This document shows positions 24,691-34,118 of a DNA stretch of 64,000 nucleotides, one piece after another. Position 1 is the stretch's first letter. Each line of letters opens with the position of its first letter. The notes under the pieces were generated by a model. That model saw only the letters and a program-made list of their open reading frames with translations. It had not been told where the DNA came from and ran no database searches. Source of the DNA: Vicinamibacteraceae bacterium (lineage in GTDB: Bacteria; Acidobacteriota; Vicinamibacteria; Vicinamibacterales; JAFNAJ01); NCBI GenBank assembly GCA_039812685.1, contig JBDIBB010000001.1, positions 44,203-108,202 of the forward strand, given 5' to 3'. Both the position numbers and the translations under genes were made by a program.

Positions 24691-24790
24691 ACGCCCGACG
24701 CTCCGCGTTCCCGGGGCGGCCCGCCTTGCACCCTCAACGCCACGCCCCGGCGCACCTGGTCGTACGGGGATTCCCGGTCTGGATGCCGCC

Positions 24791-26407
24791 ATGGAATTCC
24801 AGTTGACGTACGTTCTGGACTTCGTCGTCGCCCTGGTCGCCGCCGGGGCGGTGTTCATGTATTGGGTCGCCAATCGACGCCGCATCGCGGCCGAAACCAT
24901 CGGGCAGGGCGAGCAGCGCGCCGCGCAACTCCTGCGCGAGGCCGAGCGCGAGGCCGAGAGCCGGCGCAAGGAGGCCCTGCTCGAAGGCAAGGAGCAGGCG
25001 CACGCGCTGCTGGTGGAGGCCGAGAACCAGGCGCGTGACCGCCGCCTCGAGGCCGCCCGCAGCGAGCAGGCGCTCGCCGAGAAGGCCCGCGCCTGCGCGG
25101 ACCGGGTGGCCATGGCCGAGCGGACCGAGCAGGATCTGGCGCGCCGCGAGCGGGCACTCGCCGATCGGGAGCGCACCATCGGGGATCGCGGGCGCGCCAC
25201 CGACGAACGCGAGCGCGCCGTGAAGGCCGCAGCCGAGCGTTACGACCGACTGGTGGCCGATCAGGCTCGCGAACTGCAGCGCGTCGCGGGGCTCACCGCC
25301 GAGGAGGCGCGCGACCAGTTGCTGCGACAGATGGAAGCCGACGCCCGGCGCGAGGGCGCCAGCCTCGTCAAGCGCCTCGAGGCCGAGGCGCGCGAGGCCG
25401 CCGCCAGCCGCGCTCGCCAGATCATCACCGAGGCCATCCAGCGCAGCGCCGCCGAGCACGCGATCGAGACCACCGTCTCGGTGGTCGACCTGCCCAGCGA
25501 CGACATGAAGGGGCGCATCATCGGCCGCGAGGGCCGCAACATCCGCGCCCTCGAACTGGCCACCGGCGTCGAACTGATCGTCGACGACACCCCGGGCGCC
25601 ATCATCCTCTCGAGCTTCGACCCCTACCGCCGCGAGATCGCCCGTCAGGCCATCGAGCGCCTGATCGCCGACGGGCGCATCCACCCCGCCCGCATCGAGG
25701 AAGTGGTCGAGAAGGTGAAGGCCGAACTCGACGAGGCGGTGCGCAGGGACGGCGAGACGGCCGCCTTCGAACTGGGCCTGTACGACCTGCATCCGGAGCT
25801 GAGCCGGCTCATGGGCCGGCTGAAGTACCGCACCAGCTACGGCCAGAACGTCCTCAACCACTCGAAGGAAGTCGCCTACCTCGCGGGCATCATGGCACGG
25901 GAGGTGGGCCTGGACGCACAGGTGGCCACCCGCGCGGCGTTCCTGCACGATATCGGCAAGGCGCTGGACCGTGACGTCACCGGCTCGCACCTGGAAATCG
26001 GCATCGACGTCCTGCGCCGGCACGGCGAGAGCAAGGCGGTGGTGGATGCGATGGCCGCCCACCACATGGACATCGACTGGCCGTCGCTCGAGGCGATGCT
26101 CGTCCAGGCCGCCGACGCCATCTCGGCCGCCCGGCCGGGCGCCCGCCGCGACATCCTCGAGAGTTACGTCAAGCGGCTCGAGAAGCTGGAAGGCATCGCC
26201 GACTCCTTCAAGGGCGTTGCCAAGGCGTTCGCGCTGCAGGCCGGGCGCGAAATCCGCATCCTGGTCGAGAGCGAACGCATCTCCGACGAGGAAGCGGTCT
26301 GGCTGTCGAAGGACATCGCGCGCCGCATCGAGAGCGAGCTCGAGTACCCGGGCCAGATCAAGGTGACGGTCATCCGCGAGACGCGCGCCGTCGAGTACGC
26401 CCGGTGA
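24791..26407 (+). CDS. rny: Ribonuclease Y
   Basis: N-terminal TM helix, a long charged coiled coil, a KH domain (VVDLPSDDMKGRIIGREGRNIRALELATGVELIVDDTPGAIILSSFDPYRREIA) and an HD domain (LKYRTSYGQNVLNHSKEVAYLAGIMA...AFLHDIGKA). Confidence 0.95.
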   Translation: MEFQLTYVLDFVVALVAAGAVFMYWVANRRRIAAETIGQGEQRAAQLLREAEREAESRRKEALLEGKEQAHALLVEAENQARDRRLEAARSEQALAEKARACADRVAMAERTEQDLARRERALADRERTIGDRGRATDERERAVKAAAERYDRLVADQARELQRVAGLTAEEARDQLLRQMEADARREGASLVKRLEAEAREAAASRARQIITEAIQRSAAEHAIETTVSVVDLPSDDMKGRIIGREGRNIRALELATGVELIVDDTPGAIILSSFDPYRREIARQAIERLIADGRIHPARIEEVVEKVKAELDEAVRRDGETAAFELGLYDLHPELSRLMGRLKYRTSYGQNVLNHSKEVAYLAGIMAREVGLDAQVATRAAFLHDIGKALDRDVTGSHLEIGIDVLRRHGESKAVVDAMAAHHMDIDWPSLEAMLVQAADAISAARPGARRDILESYVKRLEKLEGIADSFKGVAKAFALQAGREIRILVESERISDEEAVWLSKDIARRIESELEYPGQIKVTVIRETRAVEYAR

Positions 26408-27423
26408 CGGCCACCGTGACCGTCGGGGCGGCCGGCGAGCCGGAACTGCTCGCCCGGATCCGCGCCCGCCTCGCCGCCCGGCCTGTCCCCGCGTTCCTCC
26501 ACGTCGGCATCGGCGACGATGCGGCCGTCGTCGCGCCCGAGCGCAACACGGCCGACGTGCTGACGACCGACGCCCTGGTCGAGGGCGTGCACTTCGACCG
26601 CGCCCTGATGGGCGCGCGCGCGATCGGGTACCGGGCGCTCGCCGTCAATCTCAGCGATCTCGCTGCCATGGGTGCGACCCCTCGGGTGGCGTTGCTCTCG
26701 ATGGGGCTGCCAGGCGACCTGCCACTCGACGACTTCGAGGCCATGATCGAAGGCGTGATCGCCCTCGCCGACGAGCACCGGATGCCGCTCGCCGGAGGCA
26801 ATCTCACCCGCACCAGCGGCCCCCTGTTCCTCGACGTCACGGCCGCGGGCAGCGTGCGGCCCAGGCGCGCGCTGCTGCGCTCGGGGGCGCGCCCCGGCGA
26901 CGCGCTCTACGTGAGCGGGCGCATCGGAGCCGCCGCGGCCGGGCTGGCCTGGCTTCGCCGGGATCCGGGCGCGGCCTCACGTTCGCCGGCGTTGGCAGAG
27001 GCGATCGCCCGCTACCGCACGCCCCAGCCGCGCGTGCGGCTCGGGGTCATCGCGGGCCGGTCACGTGCGGCCTCGGCCTGCATGGACCTCAGCGACGGCC
27101 TCGGCGATGCCATCATCCAACTGGCCGGCGCAAGCGGGCTCGGCGCGGAAGTGGACGAGCCGGCACTGCCGATCCACGAGGCGCTGGCGCAGCTTGGCCT
27201 GCCGGCGGCCGACGCCCTGCGGCTGGCCCTCGGCAGCGACGACTACGAACTGCTGTTCGCCGTGCCGCGGCGGCGGCAGCGCGCCCTGCTGGCGGCCGCG
27301 GCACACGCCAGGGTGCCCGTCGCGCGCATCGGCGTCCTCCGGCGGCCCGCCGGCGTGATCCTCCGCGACGCCGAAGGCGGAGAGCGGCCCTGGCCGCACG
27401 GGTATTCCCACTTCGCGCCATGA
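26404..27423 (+). CDS. thiL: Thiamine-monophosphate kinase
   Basis: GTGA overlap with rny. GIGDDAAVV...LTTDALVEGVHF...IGYRALAVNLSDLAAMGATP...GGNLT...DLSDGLGDA: AIR-synthase-related fold with ThiL motifs. Confidence 0.9.
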   Translation: MTATVTVGAAGEPELLARIRARLAARPVPAFLHVGIGDDAAVVAPERNTADVLTTDALVEGVHFDRALMGARAIGYRALAVNLSDLAAMGATPRVALLSMGLPGDLPLDDFEAMIEGVIALADEHRMPLAGGNLTRTSGPLFLDVTAAGSVRPRRALLRSGARPGDALYVSGRIGAAAAGLAWLRRDPGAASRSPALAEAIARYRTPQPRVRLGVIAGRSRAASACMDLSDGLGDAIIQLAGASGLGAEVDEPALPIHEALAQLGLPAADALRLALGSDDYELLFAVPRRRQRALLAAAAHARVPVARIGVLRRPAGVILRDAEGGERPWPHGYSHFAP

Positions 27424-27908
27424 CATCGCTGCGCGCCCTGTTGAGGCGGTGCGATCTGGCGCTGCGCAACGCTCACGACACGCCGGCCCGCGCCAGCCTG
27501 GCGCTGGCCATCGGCGTGTTCATCTCCTTCTCGCCGCTCATCGGGCTCCAGATCCTCATCACGGTGGCTGTCGCGTGGGCATCGCGGCTGAACCGTGTGC
27601 TGCTGTTCGCCGGCCTGGTCTCGAACCTGCCCTGGGTCATGCCCATCTACTACGGAGCCGTCACCGAGGCAGCGGCGCGCGTGATGGGGCGGCGACCGCC
27701 CTCGCACCTGGCCGCAGGATTCTCGGCTCTTTTCGGGCACTCAGTGATCACGGCTGAGTTCTGGCACGAACTTTCGATGTTTGTTCTCCCCCTGCTCGCG
27801 CCTTTCGTGGTAGGCTCGTTCCTCGCGGCCGGCGTGCTTGCGCTGGTGGCCTACTCGCTGGGAGTCGTCGTGGCGTCAGCCAGGCGCTTCCAGACGAGCC
27901 AACACTGA
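27420..27908 (+). CDS. DUF2062-family small membrane protein
   Basis: ATGA overlap with thiL. ASLALAIGVFISFSPLIGLQILITVAVAWASRLNRVLLFAGLVSNLPWVMPIYYG, with 3-4 predicted TM helices. Confidence 0.7.
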   Translation: MTSLRALLRRCDLALRNAHDTPARASLALAIGVFISFSPLIGLQILITVAVAWASRLNRVLLFAGLVSNLPWVMPIYYGAVTEAAARVMGRRPPSHLAAGFSALFGHSVITAEFWHELSMFVLPLLAPFVVGSFLAAGVLALVAYSLGVVVASARRFQTSQH

Positions 27909-28036
27909 CCGGGACGCGCGCGGAGCGCGTGCCCAGCCAGGACGCGCACGAACCTCCCGACGGGATCGGCAGGAGGGATTGCCGCCGGGAGTTTGTCGCC
28001 CGCACTGCCGTCGCCGGCGCCCTGCCGGTCGCCGGT

Positions 28037-28050
28037 GGCACCGCGGTGCC
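28037..28050. repeat. 14-bp perfect palindrome GGCACCGCGGTGCC upstream of the 3D-domain gene
   Basis: Read directly. The sequence is its own reverse complement and ends 15 nt before the ATG at 28066. Confidence 0.6.
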
Positions 28051-28065
28051 GGCCCCTACTCACGC

Positions 28066-28668
28066 ATGCTGCTGTCAACGTGTTTCAAGCGGAAGGTCGT
28101 CGCTACGTGCGGCGCGGCGCTGGGGTTTGCGCTGTTGCACGAGGCGAAGGTCTTCGACTCGCATTCGCCGGCCGGAGAAACCGAGATCGTGGGCGCTTCG
28201 ACGCCCGCCCTGCCTGGGGCCGCGCTGCGCTTCTCGGCAACGGCCTACTGCAAGGGCGAGGTCACGGCGGCGGGCACCCCCGCCCGCAGTGGCATCGTCG
28301 CAGCCGATCCTGCCCTGCTGCCGGTCGGTTCGGTGGTGAAGGTGGATGACCTCGGGTCCCGCTACAACGGCATCTACACGGTCATGGACACCGGGCCGGC
28401 GGTGCGGGGCCGGGAACTCGACCTCTACATCTGGAGTTGCCAGGAGGCCCTGGCCTTTGGCCGCCGGCCGGCCCGGCTCACGGTGCTACGGCTCGGCTGG
28501 AACCCGCGGGCGAGCTCTGCCGCGGCGGTTCGCGGCCTGCAGGCGCCCCCAGGCGAATCGCACCTTGCGGCGCGCCCGCGAACACCTGCCGAGCGCCTGG
28601 CTGCCTCGGCCACGCTCGTCCCGTCAGTGAGCGCCGAAACACGCTCCCCCGAACGCGCCAGCCAGTGA
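28066..28668 (+). CDS. 3D (Asp-Asp-Asp) domain-containing cell-wall protein
   Basis: ATG at 28066 inside track ORF 27838..28668. Translation: RFSATAYCKGEVTAAGTPARSGIVAADPALLPVGSVVKVDDLGSRYNGIYTVMDTGPAVRGRELDLYIWSCQEALAFGRRPARLTVLRLG. This is an MltA-type 3D domain. An N-terminal hydrophobic segment is present. Confidence 0.7.
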   Translation: MLLSTCFKRKVVATCGAALGFALLHEAKVFDSHSPAGETEIVGASTPALPGAALRFSATAYCKGEVTAAGTPARSGIVAADPALLPVGSVVKVDDLGSRYNGIYTVMDTGPAVRGRELDLYIWSCQEALAFGRRPARLTVLRLGWNPRASSAAAVRGLQAPPGESHLAARPRTPAERLAASATLVPSVSAETRSPERASQ

Positions 28669-29483
28669 AGCGGACTCCGACGCTGGAGCGCCTGCTCCGC
28701 CAGACTTCCGAGGCCGAGGCCCGGCACTTCTGGTTCCGCGGGTTTCGTGCGTTCGTCGGCCCGCTGCTAGCGCGGGCCGCGGCCGGCCGGAGCGGTCTCC
28801 GCCTGCTGGACTGCGGCTGCGGCACCGGCGGCAACCTGGCCCTTCTCGGGGCCTACGGGACGACGTTCGGCTTCGACTTCACGCCCGCAGGCACGGCGCT
28901 GGCGGCGGCGCGCGACGGCGGCGCGCGCGTGCTGCGGGCCAGCACCACGCACCTGCCCTTTCCCGACCAGTCGTTCGACATCGTCACGTCGTTCGACGTG
29001 CTGGTCTGCCTGCCCGACGGCGCCGACGAGGAGGCCGCGACCGAATTCCACCGTGTGCTGCGTCCCGGCGGCGCCCTGATTGTCAACGTTGCGGCGATGT
29101 CGATCCTGCGCGGTGCCCACTCGGTGGCGGCGGCCGAGGTGCGTCGATACCGGCGACCGGGGCTTCAGCGCCTGCTCACGGGCGCGGGGTTCGTGGTGGA
29201 ACGGCTCACCTACACGAACGCGGTGCTCTTTCCCTTCCTGCTGGCGCAACGTGCCGTGGAGCGCGCGCGCGGGCTTCCGGCGAGCGCCGCCGACGTGCGC
29301 AACCAGTTGGCGCTGCCGCCCGCTCCCATCAATGAGGTCATCGCGGCGGCGCTGTGGCTCGAGGCCCAGGCGGTGCGGCTGACGGCCATGCCGCTGGGGA
29401 GTTCGCTGCTGGCCCTGGCCTGGAAACGGCCCGAACAGGCTCGAGGCCTTCCCGTCACGCACGCGGACCGGACGCCCCGCTGA
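28665..29483 (+). CDS. Class I SAM-dependent methyltransferase
   Basis: GTGA overlap with the 3D-domain gene. Motif I is LLDCGCGTGGNL. Also FDIVTSFDVL...LRPGGALIV. Confidence 0.8.
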   Translation: MKRTPTLERLLRQTSEAEARHFWFRGFRAFVGPLLARAAAGRSGLRLLDCGCGTGGNLALLGAYGTTFGFDFTPAGTALAAARDGGARVLRASTTHLPFPDQSFDIVTSFDVLVCLPDGADEEAATEFHRVLRPGGALIVNVAAMSILRGAHSVAAAEVRRYRRPGLQRLLTGAGFVVERLTYTNAVLFPFLLAQRAVERARGLPASAADVRNQLALPPAPINEVIAAALWLEAQAVRLTAMPLGSSLLALAWKRPEQARGLPVTHADRTPR

Positions 29484-29508
29484 CCGACGACGGGGGCTCG
29501 CCCACCGC

Positions 29509-31296
29509 TCAGCCTCCGGCCGCCGCTTCCTGATCGCGGTACTGGAGCTGGTAGAGCCGCCAGTAGATGCCCCGCTGGGCCAGCAGTTCCTGGTGCGAAC
29601 CGCGCTCGCGCAGCTCGCCCTTGTGCAGCACCAGGATCTTGTCCATGTCCTGGATCGTGGAGAGGCGGTGCGCGACGGCAATCGTCGTGCGCCCGGCCAT
29701 CAGCACGTGGAGTGCGTCGCGAATCAGGAGTTCGGTGTCGGTGTCGACGCTCGAGGTGGCCTCGTCCAGGATGAGCACGCGGGGGTCGAAGGTGAGGGCG
29801 CGCGCGAAGGAGAGCAGTTGCTTCTGCCCGACCGACAGCGTTGCGCCCCGCTCGGCGACCGGCGTGGCATAGCCCTGCGGCAGCCGCTCGATGAACGCGT
29901 GGGCATGCACCGCCTCGGCGGCGCGACGCACCTGTTCCTGCGTGATGTCGAGGTTGCCGAGCCGGATGTTGCCTTCGATCGTGCCGGAGAACAGGTGGAC
30001 GTCCTGCAGCACGAGGCCGAAGAGCCGGCGCAGGTCGCTGAAGGCGAGATCGCGGATGTCGATGCCGTCGACCAGGATGCGCCCGCGGGAGACGTCGTAG
30101 AAGCGCAGCAGCAGGTTGATGAGCGTCGACTTGCCCGCTCCGGTCGCGCCGACCACGCCCACGCGTTCGCCGGGACGCACCTCGAAGGACACGTCACGCA
30201 GCACGTAGTCGGCGTCGTCGTAGGCGAACCAGACCTGATCGAACACGAGGTGGCCGCGTGCGCCGGCAGGCAGCGCGCGCGGCACGGCGGGTGCGGGCAC
30301 CGACACGGGCGTGTCGAGCAGCTTGAAGATGCGCTCGGAGGAGGCCATGGCCGACTGCAGGATGTTGAACTTCTCCGACATGTCTGAAATCGGCCGGAAG
30401 AACCGCTGTGAGTACTGGAAGAAGGCCACCAGGGCGCCCAGCGTCAGGGTGCCCTGAATCACCCATCCCCCGCCGAACCAGATGATGAGCGCCGCCGCGA
30501 CCGCCGACACGATCTCGATGGCCGGGTAGAACACCGCGTAGTAGAAGATCGAATCGATGTTGGCCTCGCGGTGCTCGGCGTTGATCGCGTCGAACGCCGC
30601 GTGGTTGCGCGCCTCGCGCCGGAACAGCTGCACCGTGGCCATGCCGGTGATGTTCTCCTGCAGGAAGGCGTTGATGCGCGCGATCCAGACGCGCACCTTC
30701 CGGTAGGAGTCGCGCACGTTGCGCCGGAACCACTGCGTCACCAGCACGATGAGCGGCAGGACCGAGAAGGCGACGATCGCCAGCCGCCAGTCCAGCCAGA
30801 CCAGTACGGCCATGATGCCGGCCAGCGTGAAGACGTCACCGAAGATCGCGACCACGCCGGCCGAGAACAGTTCGTTGAGCGTGTCCACGTCGGTGGTCAC
30901 GCGGGTCATCAGCCGGCCGACGGGGTTGCGATCGTAATCGCGCAGGCTGAGGCGCTGCAGGTGTTCGTAGATCTGCAGGCGCATGTCGAACATGATGCGC
31001 TGCCCGGTGTTCTGCATCAGCCAGGTCTGCGTGAACTCCAGCACGAAGGAGCCCGCCAGCACGAGCAGGAACAGCCATGCGAGGCGATCGAGGCCCGCGA
31101 GGTTGCCGCTGGCGATGTAGCGGTCGATGGCGACCTTCGTCAGGTACGGCTGCGCCAGTTGCAGGAGCGAACCACTGACGATGGCCGCCAGCGCCAGGAC
31201 GACCTGCGGGCGGTAGGGGCGCAGGTAGCCCAGCAGACGTCGCATCAGGCGTGCGTCGTAGGCCTTCCCGAGGGCTTCTTCTTCGTGGATCGACAT
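29509..31296 (-). CDS. ABC exporter, fused permease/ATPase (MsbA/multidrug type), heterodimer partner 2
   Basis: 595 aa. Six-TM ABC_membrane domain followed by GATGAGKSTL, LSVGQKQLLSFARAL, LILDEATSSVD and AHRLST. Confidence 0.9.
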   Translation of the reverse strand: MSIHEEEALGKAYDARLMRRLLGYLRPYRPQVVLALAAIVSGSLLQLAQPYLTKVAIDRYIASGNLAGLDRLAWLFLLVLAGSFVLEFTQTWLMQNTGQRIMFDMRLQIYEHLQRLSLRDYDRNPVGRLMTRVTTDVDTLNELFSAGVVAIFGDVFTLAGIMAVLVWLDWRLAIVAFSVLPLIVLVTQWFRRNVRDSYRKVRVWIARINAFLQENITGMATVQLFRREARNHAAFDAINAEHREANIDSIFYYAVFYPAIEIVSAVAAALIIWFGGGWVIQGTLTLGALVAFFQYSQRFFRPISDMSEKFNILQSAMASSERIFKLLDTPVSVPAPAVPRALPAGARGHLVFDQVWFAYDDADYVLRDVSFEVRPGERVGVVGATGAGKSTLINLLLRFYDVSRGRILVDGIDIRDLAFSDLRRLFGLVLQDVHLFSGTIEGNIRLGNLDITQEQVRRAAEAVHAHAFIERLPQGYATPVAERGATLSVGQKQLLSFARALTFDPRVLILDEATSSVDTDTELLIRDALHVLMAGRTTIAVAHRLSTIQDMDKILVLHKGELRERGSHQELLAQRGIYWRLYQLQYRDQEAAAGG

Positions 31297-31329
31297 CCTG
31301 GGGCCTGGGATCGAGGCGCGCGCGCCGTC

Positions 31330-33087
31330 TCACGACGCGGCGAGTTCCTCCTCCAGCAGTTGCTTCCGGTACAGGTCGGCGTAGAAGCCGCCCCGCGTGA
31401 TCAACTCGGCGTGCGTGCCGCGTTCCACGACCCGGCCCTGTTCGAGCACCAGGATCAGGTCGGCATCGCGCACGCTCGACACGCGATGCGACACGATCAG
31501 CGACGTGCGCGCCCGCATCACGCCGCGCAGCCGAGACAGGATCTCCTCCTCGGTGTACGTGTCGACGGCTGACAGCGCATCGTCGAGGATGAGGATGCGG
31601 GGATCGGTGAGCACCGCGCGGGCAATCGCAGTCCGCTGCTTCTGGCCGCCCGACAGCGTGATGCCGCGCTCGCCCACCAGCGTCTCGTAGCCGCGGGCGA
31701 AGCCCTCGACGTCCTTGTCGAGGCGGGCCACGGCCGCCGCCGCCGCGATCGCGCCGAGCGTGGCCCGGTCCTGCGGCACGCCCAGGGCGAGGTTGGCCGC
31801 CAGCGTGTCGGAGAACAGGAAGGTCTCCTGCGGCACCATCCCGACCGCCTCGCGGAGCACGCGCAGCGGGACGTGTCGCACGTCGACCCCGTCGAGCAGC
31901 ACGGTCCCCGGCGGCGGATCGTGCAGCCGCGGAACCAGCGCCAGCAGCGTGCTCTTGCCGCTGCCGGTGGGCCCGACAATCGCCACGGTCTGCCCCGGCT
32001 CGATCGTCACCGAGACGTCACGCAGCACCGGCGGGCCGTCTCCGTACCGGAAGGTGAGGTCGCGGAACTCGAGCCGCCCGCGCACGACGCCCACATCCGG
32101 GATCTCGCCGGTGACATCCCCATCGGAGATGGCCGGGGCCACGTCCATCACGTCGAGCATGCGCTTCCACGACGCCATCCCGCGCTGGATCATGTTGGTG
32201 ACCCAGCCGAAGGCGATCATCGGCCACGACAGCATGCCGAAGTAGCTGTTGAAGGCGACGAACTCGCCGAGCGACAGCCGGCCGGCCACCACCTCGCGGC
32301 TGCCCAGCCACAGCACCAGGAGCGCGCCGACGCCGAGAAAGAACGTGAGGCTCGGGAAGAAGGCGCCCTGCAGCCTGATGAGCGCACGGTTGCGTCGCAC
32401 GAACTCGCGGTTCGACGCCGTGAAGCGTTCGATCTCGTGCGCCTCACGGCCGTAGGCACGCACCACGCGCACGCCGAAGAGCGCCTCCTGCGCCACCGCG
32501 CTCATGTCCGACAACTGCGCCTGGATGCGCTCGAAGCGCGCGTGAATCGCGGACCCGAAGAGCTTCACCGAAATCGAGACGAACGGCAGCACGACGAGCG
32601 CCGTGAGCGTGAGCCAGCCGTCGAGCGACGCCATCAGCGTCACGGCCACGACGAAACCGGTGATGGTCGTCGTCGTGTACATGACCGCCGGACCGATCAT
32701 CATGCGGACCGCGTTCAGGTCGTTGGTGGCACGCGACATCAGGTCGCCGGTGCGGTTGGCCTGGTAGTAGGAGAGCGGCAGGCGCTGGAGCGCGCGGAAG
32801 AAGTCGTTTCGCAGGTCGTACTCGATGTGGCGTGAGGCGCCGACGATGACGCGTCGCATCACGAAGCGGAACACCCCGCCGGCCAGCGCCAGGCCGACCA
32901 GCAGCGCGGCATAGAACCCCAGCTTGCCGCGCGTGACGGCCACGGTGAGGTCGTCGACGGCGAACTTCAGCACCCAGGGGCCGCTCAACTGCATGGCCGT
33001 CGACCCGAGCGCCGCCGCCAGGCCGACGGCAAACGCCCGCCGATAGCGGATGGCGTACGGCAGCAGCCGCCGTGTCTGAGAGAGCAT
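31330..33087 (-). CDS. ABC exporter, fused permease/ATPase (MsbA/multidrug type), heterodimer partner 1
   Basis: 585 aa. TM domain followed by GPTGSGKSTL, LSGGQKQRTAIARAV, LILDDALSAVD and SHRVSS. Confidence 0.9.
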   Translation of the reverse strand: MLSQTRRLLPYAIRYRRAFAVGLAAALGSTAMQLSGPWVLKFAVDDLTVAVTRGKLGFYAALLVGLALAGGVFRFVMRRVIVGASRHIEYDLRNDFFRALQRLPLSYYQANRTGDLMSRATNDLNAVRMMIGPAVMYTTTTITGFVVAVTLMASLDGWLTLTALVVLPFVSISVKLFGSAIHARFERIQAQLSDMSAVAQEALFGVRVVRAYGREAHEIERFTASNREFVRRNRALIRLQGAFFPSLTFFLGVGALLVLWLGSREVVAGRLSLGEFVAFNSYFGMLSWPMIAFGWVTNMIQRGMASWKRMLDVMDVAPAISDGDVTGEIPDVGVVRGRLEFRDLTFRYGDGPPVLRDVSVTIEPGQTVAIVGPTGSGKSTLLALVPRLHDPPPGTVLLDGVDVRHVPLRVLREAVGMVPQETFLFSDTLAANLALGVPQDRATLGAIAAAAAVARLDKDVEGFARGYETLVGERGITLSGGQKQRTAIARAVLTDPRILILDDALSAVDTYTEEEILSRLRGVMRARTSLIVSHRVSSVRDADLILVLEQGRVVERGTHAELITRGGFYADLYRKQLLEEELAAS

Positions 33088-33268
33088 TCCGACAAGTATA
33101 GGCTGGCGGCGGGGGCCGCGCGGACGGCCGCCGGGGGGCCGGCCCGCTGCCCCGGTGCGCGCCGACGCCCTGTGCTATGCTCGGCGGGCCTCCCAGCGCC
33201 TGCCAGGCCAGGGCTCGTCACGGGGACGGGCCCGTCGCACTCGCCCTCTCAGGGCCGGGACTTCGACC

Positions 33269-34099
33269 ATGCGTCTGATTCGACGAACCCTGTTCGCGCT
33301 GTGCGGCGCGGTGATACTGGCCTGCACGGCGGCACCGGCCTCGGGCCAGTACCTCCGCTCCGCCAGCGACCCGGCAACCGGGGAACGCTACAACATCGAG
33401 TTGTCCGGCGGCTTCTGGTCGCCCACGGTCCAGGGGATCATCTCGAGCGAATCGCTCGGCATCGCGGGCACCGACATCGACTTCGTCGACGATCTGGGCT
33501 TCCTCGACACCCGCTTCCCGGAATTCCGCGCCGTCCTGCGTCCGGGGAAGAAGCACAAGTTCCGCGCGGCCTACGTGCCCATCAAGTACGAGGCCGAGTC
33601 CACCTTGCGGCGCAACGTCGTGTTCAACGGGATCGTGTTCCCCGTGGCCGTGCCGGTACGCTCCACCCTCGACTGGAAGGCGTGGCGCCTCGGGTACGAG
33701 TACGACTTCATCTACCGCGACCGCGGATTTCTCGGCGTGGTGCTGGAGGCCAAGTACACCAACGTCGATGCCCGGCTCGAGAACGTCTTCTCCACCGAGT
33801 TCACGAGCGTGAAGGCGCCGATCCCGGCCGTGGGGCTCATCGGTCGCGGCTACGTGTTCCCCAACGTGTCGGTCACGGGAGAGTTCACCGGCTTCAAGCT
33901 GCCCGGCAGCATCGCCAACCTCGACGAGAACGACACGGGCAGCTATTACGACTTCGACGTCTACGGCACGCTGAACTTCACCAACAACGTCGGCGTGATG
34001 GCCGGCTACCGGCGCCTCACCGTCAACTACCGCATCGACGACGACTACGGGGACTTCCAGTTGAAGGGCTTCTACCTGCAGGGCGTCGTCCGGTTCTAG
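33269..34099 (+). CDS. Outer-membrane beta-barrel protein (uncharacterised)
   Basis: ATG at 33269 inside track ORF 33155..34099. Signal peptide is MRLIRRTLFALCGAVILACTAAPASGQ. Alternating amphipathic strands rich in Tyr/Gly/Phe, with a terminal LQGVVRF (aromatic C-terminal residue typical of BAM substrates). Confidence 0.65.
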   Translation: MRLIRRTLFALCGAVILACTAAPASGQYLRSASDPATGERYNIELSGGFWSPTVQGIISSESLGIAGTDIDFVDDLGFLDTRFPEFRAVLRPGKKHKFRAAYVPIKYEAESTLRRNVVFNGIVFPVAVPVRSTLDWKAWRLGYEYDFIYRDRGFLGVVLEAKYTNVDARLENVFSTEFTSVKAPIPAVGLIGRGYVFPNVSVTGEFTGFKLPGSIANLDENDTGSYYDFDVYGTLNFTNNVGVMAGYRRLTVNYRIDDDYGDFQLKGFYLQGVVRF

Positions 34100-34118
34100 C
34101 AGTCCGCGCCACCGGCCG

